Source: Candidatus Latescibacterota bacterium (GTDB taxonomy: Bacteria; Latescibacterota; UBA2968; GCA-2709665). From it: DNA of 64,000 bases. A program made the position numbers and the translations under genes. Of this stretch, positions 19,501 through 28,218 are shown one piece after another. The stretch covers positions 3,168,001-3,232,000 of the forward strand of contig OZ242180.1 in NCBI GenBank assembly GCA_965205485.1, in the 5' to 3' direction. Within the stretch, counting starts at the first letter, position 1, and every line of letters begins with the position of its first letter. The notes beneath the pieces were generated by a model. That model saw nothing but the letters and a program-made list of their open reading frames with translations, searched no databases and had not been told where the DNA came from.

Positions 19501-20004
19501 GGACGGCAGGGTCGGTACCGCCAGGAAGTGGTAATCGACAACTACGACAGGGAATTCCTGCAGTTGAGCGAGTTGCAGTTGGCCTATTCGGTAGCGGAGT
19601 CGGACGAAGGGGGGAAATTCAGGAAGGGCGGTCTCCGCGTTATTCCGATACCGACGCGTACATTCGGCAGGGAGCAGGGCGTATTCGTCTACTACGAGAT
19701 TTACCACCTGAGGAGAGACGAATTCGGGCAGACCCGTTACAAGGTGGGGTATACGATTCGACCCAAGGGCGTCCAGGGGCGGAAGGCCAGGGGGGTCGTC
19801 TCCCAGCTGGTGCGTGTGCTTACCGGCAAGAAGCAGGAACTTGCGGTTGGATACGAGCAGATTGGCAATTCGGAGTCGGAAGAGGTGTACATGGAGCTGG
19901 ATCTGAAATCCACAAAGCCCGGACAGTATATTCTGGAAATCGACGTGACCGATCTGAACAGCGGGTTGACATCCAGCAGAGAGACCGGATTCTACGTTCA
20001 ATGA
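16546..20004 (+). CDS. Large GWxTD-domain/TPR protein with N-terminal extension (paralog 2)
   Basis: GGAGGAG RBS then GTG 16546. TPRs, FWTAHDPDLTTTINERLLEHYRRVW..PWDRRGEVYIRFGEP, WEVWVY, VFVYYEIY. Confidence 0.85.
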   Translation: MSGSGKTDFGPIALRLFTACWFTAGIALPVHAESSNRRVWTASYENGQAALTEVWSSDAAGKQRKLGAFPGPPGQLGWTADGRRLFYRDRPLRDYRLSGLGQAAVPMVESQVWEVMVNGTVVRRPGEVELGHLHVAWESAQNGGPRNGPNRSLSGVEKAMMTVKLAYGSLHQWDFRQAQRLYRDAAQQFEALGRDQLLYSKPAMAYAKMLAVRSRMAASEGARWVGRENLSAIGEMIREYRRLHNGNSPVNLQVLMASARAGGLDDAEERILKQVFRSPEDRKKRTVSYFYRSVAADGEAMVISPYHHGRLLELVRQGDGFDVVDRVAGRTQVDSLLDVGSRVLETAPAASVPVLQVVTLMAPKSARGHSRLGYAYLKSNNPDAALLSFERAVRLDHRLSEAYNGLGLVYEKRPKARYDAIRFYTRALQYNRDYLEARFNIARLRRSLREHDAKYDIEKVIDIDPTYAPAYLLLGEWYEVHEEDFERAALLYARYMTLKPDDPEGRKRLAAVYLRSRNYNRIVDLLTDYVREHPDETGVMAVLAQACVQLGRLEWADRYFSEYLQAATPYEQALYRDPILLMSGEEREAYEQAQRSDRVELVKRFWTAHDPDLTTTINERLLEHYRRVWYALGAYSSGKQPWDRRGEVYIRFGEPDYRSTSDMKNYNQSLKVQRVRERIARQMYGQAALQMTFMGGPVYAVRSLKANLSGGANLGDGFAADRQVVDLSIAARNTEAERVISGGQNQRTGITFESGITADNEVSDASLELLRFENVQMNEGALAVGDTRNDFAFKAVTSQDDASMVPWEVWVYTDVNGGIEITFTDEHMRGEFDYAPPPMDVRIPMQQLARFNQFNPRSVAKQAALVTPDYYKPPENKLPLEFYYDLANFREDERGAGSVLEVYFGAPYKLGTYSPDDDETEMFLERSVALNNPRTGAVYRRQGNLVFRGGGDLTGMRGGFVPDLVGLDVPPGTYRMEVQVKDRLSGRQGRYRQEVVIDNYDREFLQLSELQLAYSVAESDEGGKFRKGGLRVIPIPTRTFGREQGVFVYYEIYHLRRDEFGQTRYKVGYTIRPKGVQGRKARGVVSQLVRVLTGKKQELAVGYEQIGNSESEEVYMELDLKSTKPGQYILEIDVTDLNSGLTSSRETGFYVQ

Positions 20005-20063
20005 GTAAGAGCGAGGAGTGAGAGTAAAAGCGAGGAGAGAGAGAAGATCAAAGGCGAAAAGGG

Positions 20064-20163
20064 GGGCGCCCACAAGGGACGCCCCTACAATTTCAATTGA
20101 ACCTCCTATTAAACAGCGAATAGTTCGTCCCTTACCGTGTAAAGGCGTTCCTTGTGGGCGCCC
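20064..20163. repeat. Inverted REP doublet (copies 2 and 3)
   Basis: GGGCGCCCACAAGGGACGCCCCTAC (20064-20088, minus orientation) and degenerate GTAAAGGCGTTCCTTGTGGGCGCCC (20139-20163). Confidence 0.7.
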
Positions 20164-20182
20164 GTCTATAGCGGAGGCATCC

Positions 20183-21523
20183 GTGAACACGCGCGCCGCG
20201 CCTTTTGTTCTTGAGGAAATGGTCGAAAGGTTCGCAGGCTATGACCGGTCGCAAAATCAGGGCGGAGGGCAGGCCGACGAACCGGACTCCGGGAGCCTGG
20301 GATGGGGCGAAAGCGGTTTCCTGGATGCGTACGTGAAGTTGTACGAATCCACCGGAGACGAGGGATGGCTTGAAAAGGTCGTGGACCATTTCGACCGGAT
20401 GATCGCCACAAGTCAGGACCACTTTGCCGACGGGCATGCAACATGGGTCACACCGACCTATTCGGTGGCGCTGGTGAGAACGGGACCGATGCACAACCGG
20501 GGGACGGCGCGGATCACCCCTGATGAGGATCGGGTGTGGGTTATCCGTGGCGGCGACATGGCGAGCGATAGCATTCGCGTCGTGGAGGTCCTCCCCGGAC
20601 GGCGGTACACCGTCCAGGAGTATGGAACACGGAAGGTATTGGCCGGTGGGCGGTTTCGGCCAGGCGCAACGTTGAACGGTTTTGCGCCGTTCAAGATCAG
20701 CATCGGAGGCGCAGCTCGGGCCGGTGACCGGTTCTGGGTGCAGGTTTACGCGGGTGAGCCACTGGAATATATCGTCCACCAGGGGATGTTCCTTCATCCC
20801 GTGAGCCGCTTTGTCGAGCACGTATTGAGGAATGACCGGCTGAAGACCAGATTCGGAACCAGCGCCCGGACGTATCTTCGATTTATCGGAAAGCGGATCG
20901 CCGACAAGCACGAGCGTGACTGGGTGGACGCGTCCCCTTCCTCAGGCGGATATCGGTTTTCTCCGTGGATGACGGAACGGTTTCCGAACCGGATCATGCC
21001 GCACAATCAGTATCTCGCGCTGGGCCGGGCTTACCTGTGTTTACAGAGCGTATCGCGGAAGCGGCTGTTTGCGGACCGGGCGCAGCGGATGGCGAAGCAT
21101 TTCAAGCGGCACCTGTGGAAAACGGGCCGGGCGTACACCTGGTACTATTGGGACTGGATCGAAGGCGGCGTACACGGGCACAGCGCCATTGAAGATACCA
21201 GCCACGGGCGAATCGATATCGGATTTGCAGTCGATGCCTGCCGGAGCGGCGTCGTATTCAACAACGCCGATATGAAGCGGTTTGCGCATACCCTGCTGGA
21301 CCAGATGTGGAACGGGTCGGTGGATGATCCCGTGATTGCCGGACGCGTGGACCGGAACGAAGGGGATAGTACACCGTGCGCGGACTGGATCGATCTGTGC
21401 CAGTGGAATCCGCAGGTCTGGGACGTCATGTGGGCCGTTTTCTGTAAAGCCGGACAACCCGTACAGATGATCCCGTCCATTCTTCAGGGCTGGAGGAGGC
21501 TGGCGGAAGGCGGTAAGAGGTAA
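20183..21523 (+). CDS. Hypothetical protein, probable (alpha/alpha)-barrel (glycoside hydrolase/lyase-like fold)
   Basis: GGAGG RBS then GTG 20183. Helical hairpin patterns (LYESTGDEGWL, PHNQYLALGRAY, WYYW, EDTSHG). Confidence 0.55.
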   Translation: MNTRAAPFVLEEMVERFAGYDRSQNQGGGQADEPDSGSLGWGESGFLDAYVKLYESTGDEGWLEKVVDHFDRMIATSQDHFADGHATWVTPTYSVALVRTGPMHNRGTARITPDEDRVWVIRGGDMASDSIRVVEVLPGRRYTVQEYGTRKVLAGGRFRPGATLNGFAPFKISIGGAARAGDRFWVQVYAGEPLEYIVHQGMFLHPVSRFVEHVLRNDRLKTRFGTSARTYLRFIGKRIADKHERDWVDASPSSGGYRFSPWMTERFPNRIMPHNQYLALGRAYLCLQSVSRKRLFADRAQRMAKHFKRHLWKTGRAYTWYYWDWIEGGVHGHSAIEDTSHGRIDIGFAVDACRSGVVFNNADMKRFAHTLLDQMWNGSVDDPVIAGRVDRNEGDSTPCADWIDLCQWNPQVWDVMWAVFCKAGQPVQMIPSILQGWRRLAEGGKR

Positions 21524-21531
21524 GACGTTAG

Positions 21532-21721
21532 CCTCAATCCGAAAAAACAGCAACGCGGCGACGCGATAAAACCCTCCGAAACGGGGTGTTATCGACGTAT
21601 AGAAGGTCGTTTTTTCCCTTCACGTCCAGTGAACTGGTGTATCCTGGTAATCCGCCATCTAATCGCCTTTATTTACAAGCACATATACGAATTAACGTCC
21701 CCGAAGACTTACGAATCAAGG
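21532..21721. mobile_element. 190-bp MITE-like element family A, copy 1
   Basis: Ends CCTCAATCCGAAA and TTACGAATCAAGG form an imperfect TIR. Flanked by TTAG direct repeats (21528-21531, 21722-21725). Similar to 46155-46344. Confidence 0.7.
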
Positions 21722-21829
21722 TTAGACGGGAGAAGGATCTGATGGCCCCGCAAAAGCAGGTCCGCGTGCCCATGCGGTTCTGCGCTGTCCGATCAAGCGC
21801 CTCTACCTTGCAATCATTCCCCAGCCGTT

Positions 21830-21854
21830 GTAGGGGCGCCCCTTGTGGGTGCCC
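21830..21854 (+). repeat. GTAG-type REP palindrome, copy 4
   Basis: GTAGGGGCGCCCCTTGTGGGTGCCC. Confidence 0.7.
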
Positions 21855-21894
21855 GCCTTTCCGTCGCAATCATATCGAAGAAAGGAGATGTATA

Positions 21895-22533
21895 ATGGCG
21901 AAAGTGTTACCGATTTTTATCGCGGCACAGTTACTGGCCGGCGGATGGGCGGGCAGCGCCAGCGCGCAGCAGAAGCCGATCTATTTTGTCACGGCGGGAA
22001 TCGCCGCGCCCGCGTCCATTTCCGTATCCGAATTCTGGTTTCCCGGTATCGGCGCAGGCGCCGGCATCGAGTATTTCATTCACCCCAGCGTGGCCGTCCA
22101 GGGCAGGTTGGGTTATGCCCGTTTTGCACTGGATGAGGGCAAATTCAAGGCGGAAAACGAAGCGCTCGAAGTGTTAATCGCCACATCCGGTGGAGAAAAA
22201 CACCTCTTCAGCGCATTCGCCAGTTTGAAATATACGAAGACAATCGATTCGGACGACGTGGATGTACGGGCGGTACCGTATGCCGTTGGCGGGATCGGCA
22301 TCCTGTCGTATTCGGAAACGGATATACACGGAACGGAGATTGGCGGCGTAGAGATACAAGTGCCGGGGCAATCCGGGACAGGGTTTGCGATAAACGCGGG
22401 CGCGGGGATCGACATCCTGCTGACCGATCGCGTACATCTCTTTGTCGAAGGTCGGTTTGAAATTGGATTCACGTCGGGAGAGCGGGGCAGCACCCAACTC
22501 TTCCCCGCTCGCGTCGGAATTTCCTTTGAATGA
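21895..22533 (+). CDS. Outer-membrane beta-barrel protein (OmpA-like small barrel)
   Basis: AAAGGAG RBS, signal peptide ASA-Q, VPYAVGGIG, FAINAGAGID, LFVEGRF, C-terminal RVGISFE. Confidence 0.75.
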   Translation: MAKVLPIFIAAQLLAGGWAGSASAQQKPIYFVTAGIAAPASISVSEFWFPGIGAGAGIEYFIHPSVAVQGRLGYARFALDEGKFKAENEALEVLIATSGGEKHLFSAFASLKYTKTIDSDDVDVRAVPYAVGGIGILSYSETDIHGTEIGGVEIQVPGQSGTGFAINAGAGIDILLTDRVHLFVEGRFEIGFTSGERGSTQLFPARVGISFE

Positions 22534-22604
22534 AACTGCGGATGGGTGGCTCGGCATTTCTAATACGGTAATCGCCGGCCCCGACGGACGAACCGAATGC
22601 AAGG

Positions 22605-25139
22605 GTGGATAGCGATTTGAAGCGGCCTGAGGGACGAGAGCGGACCGGATGGCCCCTGGACGTGTCGGCCCTGCTGGCGTTGCTGGCGGGGCTGTTGATT
22701 TTATTCCAGTATGTGACGCTGGAAAAGTTCGGCGTTCTCCGACCGGGCCTGAGGTATCAAAGTCTTCAGGGGTTTCTCTCCGTTGTATCGCGGTTTGTGG
22801 ACTTCGGCGCCGCAGATGCATCGCTGCTGCTGCTTATTCTCTCGGTGGGAATACTCCTGATTGGTATGGAGTGGCGCGCGCAGCGGCTCTCGGTGTTTTT
22901 TGAGCATATATTCGCAAGCGAAAGGCGAACGGTCGTGCTCCTTGTTCTGGGGAGCCTGATTCTGGTTCGCTTTTATTTTGCCGAAGGGGAATTTGCGCAC
23001 GGCGCCGACACGTATCTGCACGTGACGTACGCCTGGCTTGCGGCAACGTCGATGACGCAGGGCGAGGTGCCAATCTGGACGCACTATTTCTGCAACGGCA
23101 CACCCTACCTTCAGTTTTACGGCTTCCTGTTCTACTACCTGGTCGGGCTGGTGAATCTGGTGCTTCAGGCGCCCTACTCGTCGATCAAATTCGCGCTTGG
23201 CGCCGCCCATGCGCTGTCCGGGCTCGGCGTATATCTCTTCGTGAGGCGGCTTACCGGATCGCGACCGGCAGGATTCGCGGCGGGACTCGCGTACGTGTTG
23301 AGTTTCTGGCATACGCAGCAGGTCCTCATTATGGGCAGGCTGCCGCTGTCGCTGTTCTATGCCCTTCTGCCGTTTCCATTCTTCTTCTGGGAGGGGCTTC
23401 GAAAGAACTCAAACCGGCTTGCCCAGGCGATCGGTGGCGGCATCACGCTGGGTTGTCTGCACTTTACGCATCCCGGTTACGGGTTCTGGGCGACGTTTTT
23501 TCTACTCTTGTACGCGGTCGTCAGGTACCGGATGACCAAAGGCGGAGACGGGCCTTTTTCAATCCGGCACGGTTTGCTGCTTATCTGCGGGGGCACGTTG
23601 CTGGGCGCCTATCTGACGGTCCCGATGTATATGGAACGAGGATTGACGGGGCTTCACGCCGGGTTCTACATGTCCGACTTTCCAGTGCCGACCTGGCGGC
23701 ATCTATTGCTATGGTCCAACTACCGCTTCCGTCTCTTTCAGGCGCAGGACCACTGGTACGGCGGATACCTCGGGGTGAGTCTGGTCGCGATTGCGTTGTG
23801 GGGACTGGTACGCATTGTCCGGAGCAAAAGGGCTGAAGTTCGGAACTCGGGATTTCCGATCGGCATCTGCCTGATCGGATCGCTGCTGCTGGTATTCGGT
23901 TACAGGTGGCCGGTCCTGAAGTCCCTCGGGGTGGTGCAGGCGATGAACGCCTCTCGTTACCTGCTTTTTACGGTCTTCTTTGTCGCCGTGCTGGTTGGAT
24001 TGTTTGCGGCCGCGCGAGCCGCCGGGCGGAAACGCCCCGTCGGGGTCTTCGTGGCGATTCTCGTGGCGGTCCTGGCAGACCTGGGGCCAACAACCTTCCA
24101 GCAACCCTACCGTTCTTCCGGCGTGGCGTCCGGGATCGGCCCGCACGCTTTGCAGGACCTGCGGCGGGACCCGAACGCCTGGCCGGTTGCGAAGCCGCTG
24201 CCCTTGCAGCATCATCCTGTGTACAAACGGTTCCGGGAGGAGCTGGCGACTCTTGAAGACGGGCAGCTTCCAGGCTATCGGCTGTTCCATACGACCAACA
24301 GGATCTATTACCACTTCATCATTCCATGGTTAACTCTCCGGACGGGTCTGGCGACGCCTCTGGATACGTTTACGCAGTACCCGCTGACGGTGCCTGCCTT
24401 TGTCCGGCGTTTCCAGGATCTGCTTCACCTGTCGCTGCACCGTCTCGAGGAGGGGGCCAGCCTGAACGAGATGCAGGCATTCGATGCAATCCGCGCGGGA
24501 CTCTTCCTGATGAATACCCGCCACCTGCTGTATTCAGATTCTGAACAGGACCGGATCTTTCACGAGGAGTTCCCCGAAGCCAGTCCTGTCGTGGTCTCGT
24601 CGAAAATCACCGGATGGTCCTATCCGGTTCGCGAACTGGACAAGGCGCGCGCCCGGTCCGGGTCGGACGTGGATGAACGGGAAGCGCGCAGAATGCAGAG
24701 CCTCGCATTGAGCAACTTCTTGAATTTGCTGCAAGCTATGGAAGTCGACGTAAGAAACCGTACGAGCAAGCAGATTCTTGTGACAGACGGGCACGCGAGA
24801 GAAGACCTGGGCACGTCGCCGCGGGTGGAAGTTCTGGCGCATCGGGTGTGGAACCAGCGGGTCGAACTGGTCGTTCGCGCGAGCGCGGCCTGTTTCGCGC
24901 GGCTGGCATATACAGCCTATCCCCATCAGCGGATCACCCTGAATGGCCGCGACGTGCGGCCGTACACGACGGCCGGTCGATTTGTGGCGCTGAAGCTTGG
25001 TCGTGGCGAGAGTCGGATTGTGCTGGAACCCACGCTTTCGCCGCTGCGGTTCTCGCTGCTGATCGTCGACGTCGTCCTGCTGCTGGCCGCGGCGGGGGTA
25101 TTGGTCGGGCGCAGGATCGTGCAACGAACATCGCGGTGA
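22605..25139 (+). CDS. PTPS-related / YfhO-like GT-C membrane glycosyltransferase
   Basis: Multi-TM N-terminal part with GADTYLH, PIWTHYFCNGTPYLQFYG, AAGLAYVLSFW, GGYLG. Periplasmic C-terminal part and final TM. Confidence 0.65.
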   Translation: MDSDLKRPEGRERTGWPLDVSALLALLAGLLILFQYVTLEKFGVLRPGLRYQSLQGFLSVVSRFVDFGAADASLLLLILSVGILLIGMEWRAQRLSVFFEHIFASERRTVVLLVLGSLILVRFYFAEGEFAHGADTYLHVTYAWLAATSMTQGEVPIWTHYFCNGTPYLQFYGFLFYYLVGLVNLVLQAPYSSIKFALGAAHALSGLGVYLFVRRLTGSRPAGFAAGLAYVLSFWHTQQVLIMGRLPLSLFYALLPFPFFFWEGLRKNSNRLAQAIGGGITLGCLHFTHPGYGFWATFFLLLYAVVRYRMTKGGDGPFSIRHGLLLICGGTLLGAYLTVPMYMERGLTGLHAGFYMSDFPVPTWRHLLLWSNYRFRLFQAQDHWYGGYLGVSLVAIALWGLVRIVRSKRAEVRNSGFPIGICLIGSLLLVFGYRWPVLKSLGVVQAMNASRYLLFTVFFVAVLVGLFAAARAAGRKRPVGVFVAILVAVLADLGPTTFQQPYRSSGVASGIGPHALQDLRRDPNAWPVAKPLPLQHHPVYKRFREELATLEDGQLPGYRLFHTTNRIYYHFIIPWLTLRTGLATPLDTFTQYPLTVPAFVRRFQDLLHLSLHRLEEGASLNEMQAFDAIRAGLFLMNTRHLLYSDSEQDRIFHEEFPEASPVVVSSKITGWSYPVRELDKARARSGSDVDEREARRMQSLALSNFLNLLQAMEVDVRNRTSKQILVTDGHAREDLGTSPRVEVLAHRVWNQRVELVVRASAACFARLAYTAYPHQRITLNGRDVRPYTTAGRFVALKLGRGESRIVLEPTLSPLRFSLLIVDVVLLLAAAGVLVGRRIVQRTSR

Positions 25140-25208
25140 GCGCTCCACCCGGTCCACTCGGAAAGAGCTATCTGCCATCAGCATTCAGCCGTCAGCCAAA
25201 CCAGACCT

Positions 25209-25312
25209 GGGCGCCCACAAGGGACGCCCCTACGATTGTGACGCCGTCGTCGAACCCTGAGCGTTCAATTCGTGGATATTTGATCTTGTAGGGGCGTCCC
25301 TTGTGGGCGCCC
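25209..25312. repeat. Perfect inverted REP doublet (REPIN-like; copies 5 and 6)
   Basis: 25209-25233 is the exact reverse complement of 25288-25312 (GTAGGGGCGTCCCTTGTGGGCGCCC), with a 54-nt spacer. Confidence 0.8.
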
Positions 25313-25339
25313 GCCGACCTGCTGCACAAAGAGCGGGCG

Positions 25340-27532
25340 ATGATGCGACGGAAAGAAGATCGAACCGATACCAGTATGCCGGTCATCGTGGTGGGCATTT
25401 TCCTCGGCCTGCACGTTCTGTTTGCCTACTGGCAACCCGTGCCAGTCTGGGGTGCGGATTTCCTGCGGTTCCACGACTCCGTATTCCGGGCGATATTCGT
25501 GCTGTTGAGCGTGGCGTTGCTATTATTGGCCGCTCGGCGGCGTCTGGGGAGATGGACGTCGGGCGTTGCACGGCTTTTTTACAGCGGAAGCACCCCCTGG
25601 AGATCGGTTCTCTCGTGGGTCCTGCTTCTGCTGGGCGGCCTCCTGGTTTTCTGGGGCATGCGTTCAGCTGTACATCTGCTCGGCGACGGGATTATGCTGA
25701 TGCGCGAATTGGAGGACTTCTGGTCTGAAATCCCGAGGACGGACCGCGCGCCGCTGACGTTCTGGATCGTCAGGGGGCTGCACCGTGCCGCCGGGGCGTT
25801 TGCCTGGACTTCCGCCGAGACCACGTATCGACTATTCAGTTGTCTTTCCGGTATCCTGTTTCTGGTTGTTGTCAGATATACCGCAAGGCTTCTTGGAAAG
25901 GACGCCCTCGAGCGATTTCTGATATTTGCCCTGCTGCTGGGGGCAGGATATATGCAGCTCTTTTTTGCATACGTTGAGAATTACGCGTTTCTGTTCCCGT
26001 TTATGTTGCTTTACCTGCTACTGGGCATTCGCGCGCTCGAAGGCAGGTTGGCGATCTGGTGGCCCGCGGCGTTGCTGGGCGTCCTGATGGCGCTCCACAT
26101 TACGATGATGACGCTTGCGCCTTCCCTGCTGGCGCTGGCGATACTTAAAGGCCGGGCGGAGGGTGTCTCAGGTACAACAGGCCCCGGAAGGTTGACCGTG
26201 AGAGCGGCGTTCGCCATCCTGTTGAGCGCGGTCGTCTTCTTCGGCGCGCTCCTGCTGATCCAATTCGATCTGATCGCGTATCTTCAAAAGAGACAGGGGT
26301 TTTATATCCTGAAACTGTTTGCGGAACCCGGACCCAAACAGCACTACCGGTTGTTTTCGATTGGAAAGCTTGTTGACTTTGTGAATCAATACTTCCTCGT
26401 TGCGCCGGCTTCTCTGATGGTTCTGCTCCTATGCCGAAGGACACGCTGGCTGCAGGGACCGAATCGGCAGTTCGTTATGGTGGCCGCGCTGTTTCCAATT
26501 CTGTTTACGGTTGTCGCAAACCCTGAACTTGGCGCTTTCAGAGATTGGGATGTGTTTGCCTTTGCAGCATTGCCCATGACGTTGTGGGCGGCGCTTACGG
26601 TCGTCCGCGAGCTACGGGACCGTCTCGTCTCGGCGGATACCGCCGCATTGATCTGCGCGGCCGCGGTCCTGCACACGGTATTCTGGATCGGCATGAATGC
26701 CGACGGAGTGTCGGCCGAATCGCGGTTTTCCAGCCACCTGAAGGGGGGATATCTGTCGGCGCACGCCCGGTCGCATGGATGGGAGACGTTTGCGGTATAC
26801 CACAGGGATCACGGCAGGAGCGTTCAGGCCATCCGGGCGTACGAAAGCGTCGTTGATGCCGATCCGGAATTCGCGGGCGGCTATTACAATCTCGGCAACC
26901 TGTATTACGACTTGAAGCAGTACGATCGGGCAGCGGCGTATTTCCAGAAGGTAATCGCGCTGCAGCCGGACTTCGCGGAAGCCTATTACAACTTCGGTAA
27001 TCTGTACTACGATACAGGGCAGTACAAACTGGCAATCAGGCACTTTGAGAAGGTGATTTCGCTGAAGCCCGAATTCGCTGAAGCCCACTTCCAGACGGGC
27101 AACGCCTGGTACGGCCTGAGGGAATATGACAGAGCGGCGGGCTATTTCGAAGAGGCAATCGCGTTAAGGCCGCGGTTCGTGGCGGCCTATTACAATGTGG
27201 GCGATCTGTACTATAGAACGGGACAGTTCGACGCGGCCGTAGGCGCATACCGGAAAGCGATTGCGCTGAAGCCCGGCAATGCCAGGGCGCATTCGAATCT
27301 CGGGAACGCGTACCACGGGCTGAGGGACTATCAACAGGCCATTTCCGCCTACGAGCAGGCCGTGGAACTGGACCCCGGGTACGCCGAGGGCTTTTACAAC
27401 CTCGGCGTTGTCTACCACACGTTGGGGGACGTGGAAAGAACCCGGAGGTGTTTCAGCAAGGTCCTGGAACTGGCGCCGGAACACCCGCAAGCGCCGGCAC
27501 TGAGGTCCTGGCTGGCCCTGAATCCGGGGTGA
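25340..27532 (+). CDS. Polytopic membrane protein (GT-C-like) with C-terminal TPR array
   Basis: About a dozen TM segments with HLLGDG, FAYVENY and FRDWDVF, then regular TPRs (A..YYNLGNLYY..). Start may be 25376. Confidence 0.65.
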   Translation: MMRRKEDRTDTSMPVIVVGIFLGLHVLFAYWQPVPVWGADFLRFHDSVFRAIFVLLSVALLLLAARRRLGRWTSGVARLFYSGSTPWRSVLSWVLLLLGGLLVFWGMRSAVHLLGDGIMLMRELEDFWSEIPRTDRAPLTFWIVRGLHRAAGAFAWTSAETTYRLFSCLSGILFLVVVRYTARLLGKDALERFLIFALLLGAGYMQLFFAYVENYAFLFPFMLLYLLLGIRALEGRLAIWWPAALLGVLMALHITMMTLAPSLLALAILKGRAEGVSGTTGPGRLTVRAAFAILLSAVVFFGALLLIQFDLIAYLQKRQGFYILKLFAEPGPKQHYRLFSIGKLVDFVNQYFLVAPASLMVLLLCRRTRWLQGPNRQFVMVAALFPILFTVVANPELGAFRDWDVFAFAALPMTLWAALTVVRELRDRLVSADTAALICAAAVLHTVFWIGMNADGVSAESRFSSHLKGGYLSAHARSHGWETFAVYHRDHGRSVQAIRAYESVVDADPEFAGGYYNLGNLYYDLKQYDRAAAYFQKVIALQPDFAEAYYNFGNLYYDTGQYKLAIRHFEKVISLKPEFAEAHFQTGNAWYGLREYDRAAGYFEEAIALRPRFVAAYYNVGDLYYRTGQFDAAVGAYRKAIALKPGNARAHSNLGNAYHGLRDYQQAISAYEQAVELDPGYAEGFYNLGVVYHTLGDVERTRRCFSKVLELAPEHPQAPALRSWLALNPG

Positions 27533-27565
27533 GGTCTCTCTCGCGGTGCTGTCGCCTTCCCCGCC

Positions 27566-27988
27566 TCAAGATCCGGGTTGCTCGACCGCGACCGGTCCTT
27601 TTTGTATATAGCTGAGGGCCGCCCGCGCCAGGAGTCCCGATCGGGATTCACCCTCGCGCGCCGCAGCCTCGTCGACGATTGCCAGAACGCGCGCCGGCAT
27701 TGTGATGTTTACTCGCCGGATCGCGCTGGATAGCCTGGAGATATCGACGTCTACGAGTGCCCAGGTCGCGTCCTTGTCCTCCCGAGCCCTGTGACTCTCG
27801 ATAGGTACCTGATCGGGGATCGGCAACCCGTCCATCAACAAGCCCTCTATATGGCAGGCGATAGCCTCATGAGCCGAAGCAATCGCTTCATCGAGGGTAT
27901 CACCGGCCGAAAAGCATCCCGGAAGGTCCGGTACGGTAACGCCATATCCGGTACCCGCGTCCTTGTGAATCGCAACTGGAAATCGCAT
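27566..27988 (-). CDS. hicB: Type II TA antitoxin HicB
   Basis: YGVTVPDLPGCFSAGDTLDEA..EAI, C-terminal RHH RVNITMP..ESRSGLLARAA. Start overlaps the hicA stop (TAATG). Confidence 0.92.
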   Translation of the reverse strand: MRFPVAIHKDAGTGYGVTVPDLPGCFSAGDTLDEAIASAHEAIACHIEGLLMDGLPIPDQVPIESHRAREDKDATWALVDVDISRLSSAIRRVNITMPARVLAIVDEAAAREGESRSGLLARAALSYIQKGPVAVEQPGS

Positions 27989-28182
27989 TAGCGGTCCTCC
28001 CATTGCCATTTGGCCTGTCTGTAGATGTTGCGTAATGTACCGATTGGAATGTCCCTGCTCGGATGTTTGACGGTAACCCGGCCGGACTTCCGCGCATGCG
28101 TGAATTGATGATGGCTCCCCTTTGTATTTTTCAGAACCCAACCATCTTGGGTCAACTTCCGAATAATCTCAGTACTCGTCAT
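27988..28182 (-). CDS. hicA: Type II TA toxin HicA (mRNA interferase)
   Basis: 64 aa: MTSTEIIRKLTQDGW..KGSHHQFTH..GRVTVKHP..DIPIGTLRNIYRQA. Confidence 0.92.
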   Translation of the reverse strand: MTSTEIIRKLTQDGWVLKNTKGSHHQFTHARKSGRVTVKHPSRDIPIGTLRNIYRQAKWQWEDR

Positions 28183-28184
28183 AA

Positions 28185-28218
28185 TGTGTAAGATACACAC
28201 TGATACAATGTGTGTCAA
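28185..28218 (-). promoter_or_regulatory. hicAB promoter with overlapping palindromic operator
   Basis: Minus strand TTGACA (28218-28213), 17 nt spacer, TATCTT (28195-28190). Inverted repeat TGTGTA-AGA-TACACA (28185-28199) overlaps the -10. Confidence 0.7.

Noticed and set aside
18451..20190. 579-aa minus-strand ORF, and similar long antisense ORFs at 3976-5259, 8381-9556, 31424-33436, 57842-59047 and 61380-62663
   Set aside because: All overlap well-supported genes on the opposite strand and lack domain motifs.
21586..21894. Shared peptide (FFPFT.S.LVYPGN) at the N-termini of ORFs 21586..22533 and 51707..52696
   Set aside because: It is translation through MITE family A. The copy at 46155 has a stop in that frame, and the real starts lie downstream.
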